NCBI GenBank assembly: GCA_033763455.1 | Contig: JANRKO010000019.1 | Coordinates: 137,618 to 201,617, forward strand | Direction of reading: 5' to 3' | DNA length: 64,000 nucleotides | Source of the DNA: Polyangiaceae bacterium | Lineage (GTDB): Bacteria; Myxococcota_A; Polyangia; Polyangiales; Polyangiaceae | Part shown: positions 31,445-41,433 of the stretch, piece by piece | Layout: every line of letters begins with the position of its first letter | Numbering within the stretch: the first letter of the stretch is position 1 | Notes under the pieces: model-generated | Told to the model about the DNA's origin: nothing | Database searches by the model: none | The model's input: the letters and a program-made list of their open reading frames with translations, nothing else | Position numbers and translations under genes: made by a program

Positions 31445-32557
31445 TCATGCGCCACTCTTGCCGTTGGTGAGAAGCTGCGCCGGGAGCAGTGATTGGAGCC
31501 CGTCGGCCCCAACCACCACCTTCACTTCTTGGATGTGCTGAGCGATCTCTTTCATCGCTTCCAGCTCCTTCAAGCGCAAAAGTACCGGGTTTGCCTCCAT
31601 AACCTTGGCCGTGTTCGCCAACGACCGCGTAGCGGCCGTTTCTTCACGACGTAAGATCACGTTGGCCGCAGCTTCCTTTTCGGCCTCGATCACGCGATTC
31701 AACAGGGCTTTCATTTCACCCGGCAAAACCACGTCTTTGACACCCACATGTTCGATCTTGACTCCCAGCGCCGTGGTGCATGCCGTAACCCGTCGCTCCA
31801 TGAAGCGTGTCATTTCGTCACGCCCTTCGAGCAATTGATCGAGGGTTACCCCGGCCACGTATTCACGCGCGGCAAGCTGGGCTGCCGTGTAGACAGAATC
31901 CCGTAGGTTCTGCACCTTGGTTGCAACCACCACCGGATCAGAAACAGCGTATTCGGCCGTTAACGTCAAACGCAACGTCACCTTATCTCGCGTCATCAAT
32001 TCCTGACCAGCAATGGTTACTTCCTGGCGCCGCATATCCACGACGCCAATCTCGGCCTTGGCTCCAGGGTGCGTCCACAACTTGTATCGGCCCGGCGGCA
32101 ACACAGAAACGAAGCGCCCCTGCTCGTAACGCAAGCCCATTTGGTAGGCCAATACCGTTACGTCAATGTACTCATTGGACGGAATCAACCGCTCCAACTC
32201 TGCCGACATTTCCGGCAAAGGCTGAGTAACATCGAACACCGAAAGCTGCACAGAAGCATCTACGGTCCAATAACGGTGCACCCCCGGGCGCAAAAATGCC
32301 ACCGGCACACCATCTTTGAACAGGACACCTCGTTCACCAGAACCAATCACAACCTCACGAAACCAAGCAGAAGGCAGTTTTGCCCGGACTTCCGGCAGGG
32401 CTGAAAACAGCAAAACACTGGTATCGAACCGTTGCTCAGTGAGCCGCAACGACCAAACCCGATAACGGCCCGGGCCAAGTGCAGCTACAGGTAAGCCGTC
32501 CTTGAAAAGAACCACTCGTTCGTTTAACTTCACACGAATCAATTTTGACCACAACAT
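31445..32557 (-). CDS. SPFH/Band-7 (slipin-like) domain protein
   Basis: Band 7 core followed by a coiled-coil tail. Confidence 0.65.
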   Translation of the reverse strand: MLWSKLIRVKLNERVVLFKDGLPVAALGPGRYRVWSLRLTEQRFDTSVLLFSALPEVRAKLPSAWFREVVIGSGERGVLFKDGVPVAFLRPGVHRYWTVDASVQLSVFDVTQPLPEMSAELERLIPSNEYIDVTVLAYQMGLRYEQGRFVSVLPPGRYKLWTHPGAKAEIGVVDMRRQEVTIAGQELMTRDKVTLRLTLTAEYAVSDPVVVATKVQNLRDSVYTAAQLAAREYVAGVTLDQLLEGRDEMTRFMERRVTACTTALGVKIEHVGVKDVVLPGEMKALLNRVIEAEKEAAANVILRREETAATRSLANTAKVMEANPVLLRLKELEAMKEIAQHIQEVKVVVGADGLQSLLPAQLLTNGKSGA

Positions 32558-33071
32558 GGGTCACCTCTTGGGTTGATGGACTCCCACCTTCGGCGTGAGC
32601 ACCATGCCCGCGCCTTTGGAGATCGTCGATTGCTGGTATTTGCCGATACCGTCGGCTTTCGGCGAGCCCGCCTTTGGCCCTAGTAGTAGGGAGAACGGGA
32701 CTCGGAAGATGTGCGGGGGCTCTGCAGACTGCTTGAGCCCGAAATTAGTGGCTCCAGAGGTTCAAAGCCCGGCGCCTAGGTTGAAGCGCAGTGTGAAGCC
32801 GCCGTAGCGGCCTCCGAAACGCTTCTCGCTTGAGCGTCTTGGGTCCGATGATTTGCGCGAAATCACTGCGATCTCACCCGGTTGCAGTCAGCGGGCGCCG
32901 AGGCGATGGCCGAAGCTTGCGAGCGAAATGTACGTGAGTTTGGGCAAAACTCGGGTCCGTTCGCCTTCCCCCAATGGCTGCGGAAGGGCTTTGAAAACCT
33001 CTGGAAACCTGGTGTGAATGCCTTTTTAAGGCCAGGCCCTTTGCTCTACCCGATGAGCTACAACTCCGTGA

Positions 33072-33124
33072 GGAGAAGATCGGATTCGAACCGACTACCG
33101 AAGGGTTCTGCCGTGACAGGGCAG
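33072..33124 (-). other. tRNA 3'-half-like fragment (anticodon arm GUC, T-arm GTCGG-TTCGAAT-CCGAT, acceptor 3' strand) with no matching 5' acceptor
   Basis: The minus strand gives a G.U-containing T-stem (A.C mismatch on plus) and a CTGCC-CTGTCAC-GGCAG hairpin. No GGAGAAG-type 5' acceptor partner was found upstream. Confidence 0.3.
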
Positions 33125-33249
33125 TGTCATCCATGACAAGCATGCTTCCGGGACACAACTACCGGACATCCATCGGTGACTCACGAGGAGACCAATGCAC
33201 GCAGTGTTGCGCCGTTTTGAAGCAAGCTTCGCGGGATTCGAACCCGCGG

Positions 33250-33323
33250 CACACAAGGCAAGATTCGAACTTGCACTCTACTGATATAGAATCAGCGGCC
33301 TCTACCTTTTGGGCTACATGTGT
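33250..33323 (-). tRNA. tRNA-like gene with CUA (amber-reading) anticodon; possibly a pseudogene
   Basis: The minus strand ACACATGTAGCCCAAAAGGTAGAGGCCGCTGATTCTATATCAGTAGAGTGCAAGTTCGAATCTTGCCTTGTGTG folds as a cloverleaf. U8, A14, G18G19, A21 and T54-T55-C56-G57-A58 are present. T-arm GCAAG/CTTGC, anticodon stem with one G.U, 5-nt variable loop. There is one T.T mismatch in the acceptor and a U at position 37. A second hairpin, GCGGG-TTCGAAT-CCCGC, follows only 9 nt downstream (33231-33247). Confidence 0.35.
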
Positions 33324-33370
33324 TAATTGGTTGCATACGGTTGGTCCTCTTGCTTTGAATATCGAGCCGG

Positions 33371-33408
33371 GAAATGAAAAAAGCCGCCGAGGTAACCCTG
33401 GGCGGCTT
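33371..33408 (-). terminator. Rho-independent terminator for the PA14 gene (minus strand)
   Basis: AAGCCGCC-N12-GGCGGCTT stem followed on the minus strand by TTTTTTCATTT. Confidence 0.6.
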
Positions 33409-33687
33409 CACACAGAAACACTGCGTAAACGCCCTAGGGGGAGCCCCGAAAATCGCGAAAATTGCCGACTAAGCTGCGCTCGCGGCGTGCACCACAGACG
33501 AAAGCCATGCCAAGATTTGGCAGCTGTTGTGCTGTGATGGTGAAACGGTGGAAGTGCTTCATGAGGAGGCCGCAGAGTACGGATCTAGAAAAACAAGTCA
33601 ACACAATATCGCTCAGGCGTGTTTTTTTTACGAGGTGACGTTGCTCGCGATCCTCATTTCAAAGCTCCACCATGCAACACAGAGTCC

Positions 33688-34380
33688 CTAGAGGCGAGCC
33701 GTCCAGACGCGTTCAGCGCTGCCGGGGCGAGTCACGAACAAGCGCAGTGTTACCGGAGCCCGTTCACCCATGAGATAAAGCACGCGGATTTTGTGCTCCC
33801 CGGGAGCCAGCGGGATGCTGCCCATCGCATTATGAGCCTTCCTGCTGTCGTCGTTGTTCACGACTTGGCGGCCATTAATCCACAGGATGGCGGCGCCCTG
33901 GGTCTTTAACCGAAACTTATAGTTGCCAGCCGCCGAAACGGAGAATCTGCCAGTGTAGTTAATGGCAAACCAGTCGTAGCGCTCGGCGATTCCTGGGAAA
34001 CCCGAAAAGTAGCGCTGAGCTACGTCCAAGCTATCCACGAACAAGCGACCTTGCGGGATGCACCGTTCAAGGCGCAGCAAAGACACTGTGTTAGGCTTAA
34101 CAAAGCACACTGTACCCGCGAGCGCTGCTTTGCGGCTGTGGCCAAACAAGGTGCTCCCCGACACCACAGGTACGCGACCACCTTTGTGACTCGCCCAACG
34201 CTCGCCCATGCCAGCGGGCGTGCCGCCTTGCTCGACACCGTACCCGTCCATTCTGTTGCGGCTAGCAGTTCGGATCCGTTCCCCCAACGACTGACCATGG
34301 GCCGCGCCAGCTAAGCTCAGCACTCCAAGTGCCACGCGACTCCCCCACTTCCACAACGTCCCGATCACCATGCGTTTCAC
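33688..34380 (-). CDS. secreted PA14 domain protein
   Basis: Signal peptide plus a PA14-like core (GRFSVSAAGNYKFRLKTQGAAILWINGRQVVNND). Confidence 0.7.
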   Translation of the reverse strand: MKRMVIGTLWKWGSRVALGVLSLAGAAHGQSLGERIRTASRNRMDGYGVEQGGTPAGMGERWASHKGGRVPVVSGSTLFGHSRKAALAGTVCFVKPNTVSLLRLERCIPQGRLFVDSLDVAQRYFSGFPGIAERYDWFAINYTGRFSVSAAGNYKFRLKTQGAAILWINGRQVVNNDDSRKAHNAMGSIPLAPGEHKIRVLYLMGERAPVTLRLFVTRPGSAERVWTARL

Positions 34381-34534
34381 TTCACTAGCACAAGTGCCCA
34401 GTGGACCGCGCCATCAGCTAAGACATGCTGTGGAAACAATTAAGCAAACTGCCCGAAAACCCTAGAGAAATCCTGACATTTCGAGTGCTGGTTTCCCTTG
34501 CTATGCCGGGAGCGGGCGTCTATCTCCGTGACTC

Positions 34535-35986
34535 ATGGATCTCAAACACTACGAAGTGGATCCGAAGAGTTACGACGAAATGTTCGACGCGAGCGGCGAG
34601 GTTCGGCCGGCCTATCGGGAACTTGCGCGGCGGCTCGGCGAAATGTCCGGTGAAGATTTCACCCGGCGGCAACGCACGGCAGATATCTTGCTGCGAAACC
34701 AGGGCGTCACGTTCACCGTGTACTCGGACGACGCGGGCATTGAGAAGGTTTTTCCGTTCGACCCCATCCCGCGCCTGATGCCTGCCGAAGAATGGAGCCT
34801 GATTGAACGCGGCTTGATTCAGCGCATTGAGGCCTTGAACCTTTTCATTGCTGACATCTATGGGGATCAACACATCCTCAAAGACAAAGTGGTTGATCCT
34901 GAGCTCATCTTAGGCGCCTCATTTTTCCGCCGTGAGATGATGGGGTTTAGGCCGCCTCGTGGGATCTATACCCACATCACCGGCACAGATTTAATTCGCG
35001 ATGCCAACGGAAAATTCGTCGTCCTAGAAGACAATGCTCGGAACCCAAGCGGCGTGAGCTACGTGCTTGAATGCCGCGCAGTTCTGAAACGTGTCTTCCC
35101 GCTCTTGTTCGAAACGTACGGAGTGCGCCCGGTTGAAGATTACGCCAATTGGCTCCGCGACATGATGCAATTTGTAGCGCCACGAGGCTCATCCAATCCA
35201 AGCATGGTGGTGCTGACGCCGGGCATCTACAATTCGGCGTACTTCGAACACAGCTTTTTAGCCCGCCAAATGGGTGTACCGCTCGTCGAAGGTCGAGATT
35301 TGGTCGTAAAAGATGGAATGGTGTGCATGCGCACGATTACCGGGCTGCAGCGGGTGGATGTTATCTACCGGCGCCTGGATGATGACTTTCTGGACCCACT
35401 TATCGGTCGCCCTGATTCGGTATTGGGCTGCGCGGGGCTTTTCTCGGCGTATCGCAGTGGGGCGGTGACGCTCGTGAACGCACCAGGCACAGGCGCCGTG
35501 GACGATAAAGCTGTCTACCCGTTCGTGCCGGACATGATTCGTTATTATCTTAAGAGTGAACCTATCATTGACAACGTTCCAACCTATTTGGCAACCCGCC
35601 CGGATGAGCAGAAGTACATGCTCGAGAATATCCACGAACTGGTGATCAAACAGACCGACGCTTCCGGCGGCTACGGCATGTTGATTGGCACGCACTCTAC
35701 GGCAGAGGAACGCGAAGACTTCAAACGGCGCATCAAGGCTAAGCCCCGCTCCTACATTGGCCAACCCACTATCAGTCTCGGCAAACATCCCACAGTAATC
35801 GACGGTAAGCTGGAAGGGCGGTGCGTCGATTTGAGGCCTTATGTCCTTTATGGCGAGCGAATTTCGGTCATTCCAGGAGCCCTCACCCGGGTGGCACTCA
35901 GGAAGGGCTCTCTCGTTGTTAATTCAAGCCAAGGTGGTGGCTACAAAGATACCTGGGTGCTCACTGATAAGGGAGGCGCAGCCTAA
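34535..35986 (+). CDS. circularly permuted type-2 ATP-grasp protein (DUF404/DUF407)
   Basis: 483-aa protein with the characteristic order of this amidoligase family; its stop overlaps the next start. Confidence 0.75.
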   Translation: MDLKHYEVDPKSYDEMFDASGEVRPAYRELARRLGEMSGEDFTRRQRTADILLRNQGVTFTVYSDDAGIEKVFPFDPIPRLMPAEEWSLIERGLIQRIEALNLFIADIYGDQHILKDKVVDPELILGASFFRREMMGFRPPRGIYTHITGTDLIRDANGKFVVLEDNARNPSGVSYVLECRAVLKRVFPLLFETYGVRPVEDYANWLRDMMQFVAPRGSSNPSMVVLTPGIYNSAYFEHSFLARQMGVPLVEGRDLVVKDGMVCMRTITGLQRVDVIYRRLDDDFLDPLIGRPDSVLGCAGLFSAYRSGAVTLVNAPGTGAVDDKAVYPFVPDMIRYYLKSEPIIDNVPTYLATRPDEQKYMLENIHELVIKQTDASGGYGMLIGTHSTAEEREDFKRRIKAKPRSYIGQPTISLGKHPTVIDGKLEGRCVDLRPYVLYGERISVIPGALTRVALRKGSLVVNSSQGGGYKDTWVLTDKGGAA

Positions 35987-36903
35987 TGTTAAGCCGAGTT
36001 GCAGACGCCCTTTATTGGATGAGCCGTTACGTCGAACGTGCTGAGCACGCAGCACGTGTCCTCGAGGTCACACGCCGCATGTTGATCGACGTTGAGCCCC
36101 TCGCCCCTCAAATGGCCAAACGCATTCGGGACGACGCATTTCGCAGCTTGGGCCTTCCGGGCGTCGACTTGCACGGAGCCATCTTCGACGAATCAGAGCC
36201 TGGGTCTATCGCCTCCTCTGTCTTCAGAGCCCGAGAGAATGCTCGTCAGGTGCAGGAGGTTATTAGCTCGGAGATGTGGGGCTATATCAACGAGACGCAC
36301 TGGATGCTCTCGGAGGCCCGTCGGGCGGGGCCTTCGCGTGAGCTGCCAGACCTCTTGGGTGAAGTAGTAAAGGCTGGGTTTCTTTGGGCTGGGGTTACGG
36401 ATGCCACTATGGGTCGCGGGCCTGGTTGGTTGTTTATTCGCCTGGGCCAGTTCGTTGAACGAGCGGACCGAACGAGTCGAATTTTTGCGGCACAATGGGA
36501 GGCCATCGAGGAGTTGAGTACTGAGGCCATCCACACCTCGGGCGATCACTTTGCCTGGCTCACATTGCTTCGGAGTTGCGGATCGCTTGAGGAGTATAGG
36601 AAGCGGTACCCAACACGCATGACAGCACGGCAAGTGGCGGATTTTATGCTGCTAGACGACACCTTTCCGCGCACCGTGCGCTACTCAGTCTCAGTTGCGG
36701 CCGAATTTTCAAAACGCTTAACCCAGTTCGCAAGCCCCGAACGCGCCCGCGCTGAACGCGCGTTTGGGAGAGTCGCTTCTCGCATCGAATACACCACCAT
36801 CGACGAAGTTATGGAGACCGGCCCAGCTGTGTTCGTGAGAGGCGTTGCAGAAGAGATCTTGCTGGCGACAGCCGAGCTCCAGAGCGCGTATTTCTTGCAC
36901 TAA
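35986..36903 (+). CDS. alpha-E domain protein (DUF403)
   Basis: [21 protein letters not shown]... is a hallmark alpha-E N-terminus. Confidence 0.75.
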   Translation: MLSRVADALYWMSRYVERAEHAARVLEVTRRMLIDVEPLAPQMAKRIRDDAFRSLGLPGVDLHGAIFDESEPGSIASSVFRARENARQVQEVISSEMWGYINETHWMLSEARRAGPSRELPDLLGEVVKAGFLWAGVTDATMGRGPGWLFIRLGQFVERADRTSRIFAAQWEAIEELSTEAIHTSGDHFAWLTLLRSCGSLEEYRKRYPTRMTARQVADFMLLDDTFPRTVRYSVSVAAEFSKRLTQFASPERARAERAFGRVASRIEYTTIDEVMETGPAVFVRGVAEEILLATAELQSAYFLH

Positions 36904-36912
36904 CGAGGACCC

Positions 36913-37932
36913 ATGCTGCTGTTCATCAAACACCTCACCGAACTCACGTATTCGGAGCCCATCACCGAAACGGTGATGGAAGTTCGCATGACTCCGCGAA
37001 ACGATGCCCACCAAGTGCGGCGCGCGTTTCGCCTGGAGGTGGGGCCCAGCGCCACACCTTTCGAACACACAGATTGGCTCGGTAACCGCGTGCAGCAGTT
37101 CTCCATTTTGCCCCCGCACGATAAAGTCGTGATCTTGGCTCGGAGCGTGGTGGATACGCAGCCAAGGCACTCAGTGCTCGCAGATGTGAATCGCGGGTCA
37201 GTGCCTCCGCTCGACCATCGAATCGGCGACTATTTGCGCTTCACCGGGCCGGTTGTGGACGTTCACAACCTCGACCGTTTGATTCAAAATTTGGGGCTCG
37301 GGGCACCGGCGTCGCCTGAAGTTATTCTGCAACGAGTCGCGTCAAACCTGCGCGATCACGTGGAGTACCGTAAAGGCGTTACCACGAGCGCCACGGCGAT
37401 CGACAAGGTGCTCGAGCAGCGCGCTGGTGTGTGCCAGGATCTGGCTCACGTGGCCATTGGGATCTTGCGCAAGCTCGGCGTACCAGCTCGCTACGTGTCG
37501 GGGTATTTCTATCGCGCGGATGGAAACAGCGAGATGGAGAGCCATGCTTGGTGCGAGGCGCACTTCCAGGGCACAGGTTGGCTCCCGATAGATCCCACCC
37601 ACAAAACACTGGCGGGCGAAGGGCACGTTGCTATCGCGAGCGGTCGCGATTTCTCTGACGTTTCACCCAATCGCGGCGTCTATCGCGGCAAGGGTGAAGA
37701 GAGCCTGCGCGTAAGAGTCACCGTGCAAGAGGTGCAAGAGGTACCCGAAGGCTTATTTGCCGTAGGCTCACCCGAAGTCGAGGTGCAGCCAATTGGAGGA
37801 GGCATGCTTCCCACCCACCGCGAAGCTCTCGAATACCAGCAAGAACAGCAGCAACAGCAGCAACAGCAGCAACAAGTACAGCAGCAACAGCAGCAACAAG
37901 TACAGCAACACCAATATTCGGCTGTGCACTGA
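36913..37932 (+). CDS. transglutaminase-like cysteine protease family protein with C-terminal poly-Q tail
   Basis: Bact_transglu_N-like N-terminus, Cys/His/Asp core (GVCQDLAHVAIGILR...HAWCEAHF...GWLPIDPTH), and C-terminal QEQQQQQQQQQQVQQQQQQQVQQHQ. Confidence 0.75.
   Translation: MLLFIKHLTELTYSEPITETVMEVRMTPRNDAHQVRRAFRLEVGPSATPFEHTDWLGNRVQQFSILPPHDKVVILARSVVDTQPRHSVLADVNRGSVPPLDHRIGDYLRFTGPVVDVHNLDRLIQNLGLGAPASPEVILQRVASNLRDHVEYRKGVTTSATAIDKVLEQRAGVCQDLAHVAIGILRKLGVPARYVSGYFYRADGNSEMESHAWCEAHFQGTGWLPIDPTHKTLAGEGHVAIASGRDFSDVSPNRGVYRGKGEESLRVRVTVQEVQEVPEGLFAVGSPEVEVQPIGGGMLPTHREALEYQQEQQQQQQQQQQVQQQQQQQVQQHQYSAVH
37820..37925 (+). repeat. CAG/CAA trinucleotide repeat (two copies of a 27-bp CAG-rich unit) encoding the poly-Q tail
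   Basis: cagcagcaacagcagcaacaagtacag appears twice in tandem within a CAG/CAA run. Confidence 0.8.
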
Positions 37933-37942
37933 GCCTTATCCC

Positions 37943-40900
37943 ATGGCCATTCGAGTTCGTCTCAGTCATCAAACGCGTTACCGTTACGACAAGCCCATTA
38001 ACCTGGGCCCACAAACGGTTCGCCTCCGACCAGCACCCCACAACCGCACGCCCCTACACACGTATGGGCTTCACATCGAACCCAAGGGCCACTTTCTCAA
38101 TTGGCAGCAGGATCCTTACGGCAATTATCTGGCAAGGCTGGTTTTCCCAGAAAAGGTAGACCATTTTGAAGTCACCGTCGATTTGGTCGCCGATCTTGAG
38201 GCGTACAATCCGTTTGATTTTTTCGTCGAGCCAGAAGCCGAGAATTTCCCTTTCAGCTACGAGCCCACACTTAAAAAAGAGCTAGAGCCCTATCTAGAGC
38301 AAGACCCCCTAACGCCCGCCCTCGCAGCTTTCATCGACAGTTTGAACAAGACACCGCGGAGAGTTAACGATTTCCTTGTAGAAACGAACCGCGCTGTAAA
38401 TGAGGCCGTTAGCTACATTATTCGCCTGGAGCCGGGCGTCCAAAGTCCCGAAGAAACGCTCACTCTGGCCAAGGGCTCGTGTCGAGATTCTGCATGGCTA
38501 TTGGCGGTGGTGTTGCGAAAGCTAGGCCTGGCGGCCCGGTTTGTTTCCGGATACCTCATCCAGCTCACGCCAGATCAGCGCCCGATTGAAGGCGCCCAGG
38601 GCCCGCTCGCAGACTTTTGCGACTTGCATGCCTGGTGTGAAGTCTACGTTCCCGGCGCCGGTTGGATTGGGTTAGATGCAACGAGCGGGCTTCTGACAGC
38701 CGAAGGGCACATTCCGCTCGCGTGTTCCCCAAGCCCAGGTTCTGCGGCACCCATTTCGGGGCTGTTGGATGAAGCCGAAACCGATTTCAGCCATCACATG
38801 TTTGTGGAACGCGTGGTGGACGTTCCCCGCGTCACCAAACCCTATACCGATGAAGAGTGGGCCGCCGTTGAGAAGTTCGGCACCAAGGTGGATGAGCATC
38901 TAACGCGCTCAGACGTTCGCCTCACCGTAGGGGGTGAGCCCACCTTTGTGAGCACCGAATACCCGGATGACGCCGAATGGAACACGGACGCCCTTGGTAA
39001 AAATAAGGAAGGCCTTGCCGATAAGCTGATTCGCCGTTTGCGGAGCGACTGGTATCCCAAAAGCGCCCTCTACCATGCGCAGGGCAAGTGGTACCCGGGT
39101 GAGCCTTTGCCGCGGTGGGCTATTTCCTGCTTCTTTCGCACCGACGGCGTGCCCGTTTGGAATGATCCTGCGCTTATAGCCGATACCAACAAGAGCTACG
39201 ACCACGGGCCCAAAGAGGCCGAAGCCTTCGCAAAGCGTTTGATCGAGAATCTCGGGCTCGAGCGCCACGGCCTGATGCCAGCGTTTGAGGATGCTTGGTA
39301 CTACATGTGGCGCGCGCGGCGTTTACCTGTAAACGTGATGCCGCTCGATAATCGCGTGGATGATGAGGTGGAGCGCGAGCGAATAGCGGCCGTATTCAAC
39401 CAAAAGCTATCCAGCGTGGTGGGCTATGTGCTCCCCCTGACGTATTGGGGTGGTTGGCGCAGTGGGTCTTTTTTCCTCAAAGATGAACGCTGCTACCTGC
39501 TTCCTGGTGATTCGCCGATGGGTTACCGCTTGCCTTTGGATTCCCTACCGTGGATCGCCCAGGAAGATTGGGACGGCAACATTCCGGTAGATCCTTTCGC
39601 GCGCCAGCCTTCGTTGCCAAAGGCCTTTCACTTCCCGTTGATGCCGGCGCCCGCGATGCCGGCGCCTATCCGCCGTGTGGTGCCTTCTCTGCCGAAAGCC
39701 GAAGTTGCGCCCAACGGGCAGCCAAAAGGCGCCGTTCCTTCACCTCGCGGCGCCGCCCCAGGCAGCACTCATGCCGCGCCGTTCACGTCACCCGCACAGT
39801 TCGAGTCTGCCACGGGCGTGGTGCGCACCGCTTTGTGTGTCGAGCCCCGAGCCGGTCGTTTGCGGATCTTCTTGCCTCCACTGGAAACGCTCGAAGCGGC
39901 CCTTGAGCTCATCGCCGCCATCGAAACAACCGCGGCGCAGCTGAAGCTACCCGTGCAACTGGAAGGCTACGAACCCCCGAGGGATCCGCGGCTCGGCGTG
40001 TTTCGTGTCACTCCGGATCCGGGTGTGATCGAGGTCAACGTGCCCCCGGTCTCCAGTTTTGCGGCGCAGAAGCTCCAAACCCTCTCGCTCTATGAACACG
40101 CTCGCCAAGTAAAGTTGAGCGCCGAAAAGTTTGATCTCGACGGCACCCACATCGGCAGCGGCGGTGGCTACCACCTCGTGCTTGGCGGAATGACGCCTGA
40201 AAATAGCCCATTTTTGCGGCGACCAGATTTGCTCGGCAGTTTGATTCGTTATTTTCACAACCACCCCAGCCTCTCTTATCTTTTCTCAGGGCGCTTCATC
40301 GGCCCCACCTCGCAATCGCCACGCGTGGATGAAGGCCGCAACGACAGCATCTACGAACTCGAAATAGCTCTCCAACAGTTGCCGCAAAAGGGGCAGAACG
40401 TTCCACCGTGGATTGTGGACCGTGTGCTCCGGCACTTGCTCGCAGACGTTACTGGCAACACCCATCGGACGCAGTTCTGCATCGATAAGCTCTATTCCCC
40501 CGATAGCGCTACAGGGCGGCTCGGCCTCTTGGAGCTGCGCTCTTTCGAAATGCCACCGCATGCCCAAATGGCGGTCGTGCAACAGCTCTTAGTGGGCGCT
40601 ATGGTCGCGAGTTTTTGGGAGCAACCTTATCGTGAAGATCTGGTGTCGTGGAACACGATGCTGCACGATAAATTCATGCTCCCCTACTTCGTAAAGCGTG
40701 ACTTTTACGAGGTGCTGGCCGATCTTGAGCGACGCGGATTCAAGCTCGATCGCCACTGGTTCGAGCCACATTACCAGTTTCGGTTCCCGTATATCGGGCA
40801 CGTGGTTAAGGATGCTGTAACCCTAGAGATACGTGGCGCTCTCGAACCCTGGAATGTGCTCGGAGAAGAGAGCACTGGAGCCGGGACTGCCCGCTACGTG

Positions 40901-41332
40901 GATTCATCAGTTGAACGCTTGCAGGTACGCGTATTCGGTGCCACACCCGGCCGGCATATTGTGTGTTGCAACAACGTGGAGCTACCGCTTGTTGCCACTG
41001 GCGTGGAAGGCGAAATGGTAGGGGGCGTGCGTTATCGAGCCTGGCAACCCCCATCATGCCTTCACCCAACCATCGGCGTTCAGTCACCGCTTGCGTTCGA
41101 TTTGTACGATCGTTGGAACGGCGTGGCGATTGCGGGGGCCACCTATCACGTAGTGCACCCGGGAGGCCGGGCGGATGAGGTCCGCCCCGTAAATGCAGCA
41201 GCCGCGGAAAGCCGCAGGCTCGCTCGCTTCGAGGCTCGCAGCGTAGGCACCCGTTTGGTTCAACCGCGGCGCCTGGAGCCCCATCCGAAGTTCCCATTTA
41301 CGCTCGATTTACGCCGGGCTTGGCTAGCCTAA
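37943..41332 (+). CDS. large transglutaminase-family protein (Bact_transglu_N + TGase core + ~800-aa C-terminal region, Rv2566-like)
   Basis: Internal ATG MAIRVRLSHQTRYRYDKP. Core GSCRDSAWLLAVVLRKLGLAARFVSGY...HAWCEVYVPGAGWIGLDATSG. Total 1129 aa. Confidence 0.75.
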   Translation: MAIRVRLSHQTRYRYDKPINLGPQTVRLRPAPHNRTPLHTYGLHIEPKGHFLNWQQDPYGNYLARLVFPEKVDHFEVTVDLVADLEAYNPFDFFVEPEAENFPFSYEPTLKKELEPYLEQDPLTPALAAFIDSLNKTPRRVNDFLVETNRAVNEAVSYIIRLEPGVQSPEETLTLAKGSCRDSAWLLAVVLRKLGLAARFVSGYLIQLTPDQRPIEGAQGPLADFCDLHAWCEVYVPGAGWIGLDATSGLLTAEGHIPLACSPSPGSAAPISGLLDEAETDFSHHMFVERVVDVPRVTKPYTDEEWAAVEKFGTKVDEHLTRSDVRLTVGGEPTFVSTEYPDDAEWNTDALGKNKEGLADKLIRRLRSDWYPKSALYHAQGKWYPGEPLPRWAISCFFRTDGVPVWNDPALIADTNKSYDHGPKEAEAFAKRLIENLGLERHGLMPAFEDAWYYMWRARRLPVNVMPLDNRVDDEVERERIAAVFNQKLSSVVGYVLPLTYWGGWRSGSFFLKDERCYLLPGDSPMGYRLPLDSLPWIAQEDWDGNIPVDPFARQPSLPKAFHFPLMPAPAMPAPIRRVVPSLPKAEVAPNGQPKGAVPSPRGAAPGSTHAAPFTSPAQFESATGVVRTALCVEPRAGRLRIFLPPLETLEAALELIAAIETTAAQLKLPVQLEGYEPPRDPRLGVFRVTPDPGVIEVNVPPVSSFAAQKLQTLSLYEHARQVKLSAEKFDLDGTHIGSGGGYHLVLGGMTPENSPFLRRPDLLGSLIRYFHNHPSLSYLFSGRFIGPTSQSPRVDEGRNDSIYELEIALQQLPQKGQNVPPWIVDRVLRHLLADVTGNTHRTQFCIDKLYSPDSATGRLGLLELRSFEMPPHAQMAVVQQLLVGAMVASFWEQPYREDLVSWNTMLHDKFMLPYFVKRDFYEVLADLERRGFKLDRHWFEPHYQFRFPYIGHVVKDAVTLEIRGALEPWNVLGEESTGAGTARYVDSSVERLQVRVFGATPGRHIVCCNNVELPLVATGVEGEMVGGVRYRAWQPPSCLHPTIGVQSPLAFDLYDRWNGVAIAGATYHVVHPGGRADEVRPVNAAAAESRRLARFEARSVGTRLVQPRRLEPHPKFPFTLDLRRAWLA

Positions 41333-41433
41333 AGTTGGGTGCTTGAACGGCCTGGCACCTACGGGCACAACGCTAACCTCTGCCTCTCCCAGGCACCGCG
41401 AGCGCTAGGACCCACTCACGGCAAAGGACCCGT

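Noticed and set aside
33060-33330. tmRNA (ssrA) hypothesis for the cluster of T-arm hairpins.
   Set aside because: No GGGG...CCACCA acceptor pairing, no tag-peptide reading frame ending ...ALAA, and two T-arms only 26 nt apart are incompatible with tmRNA.
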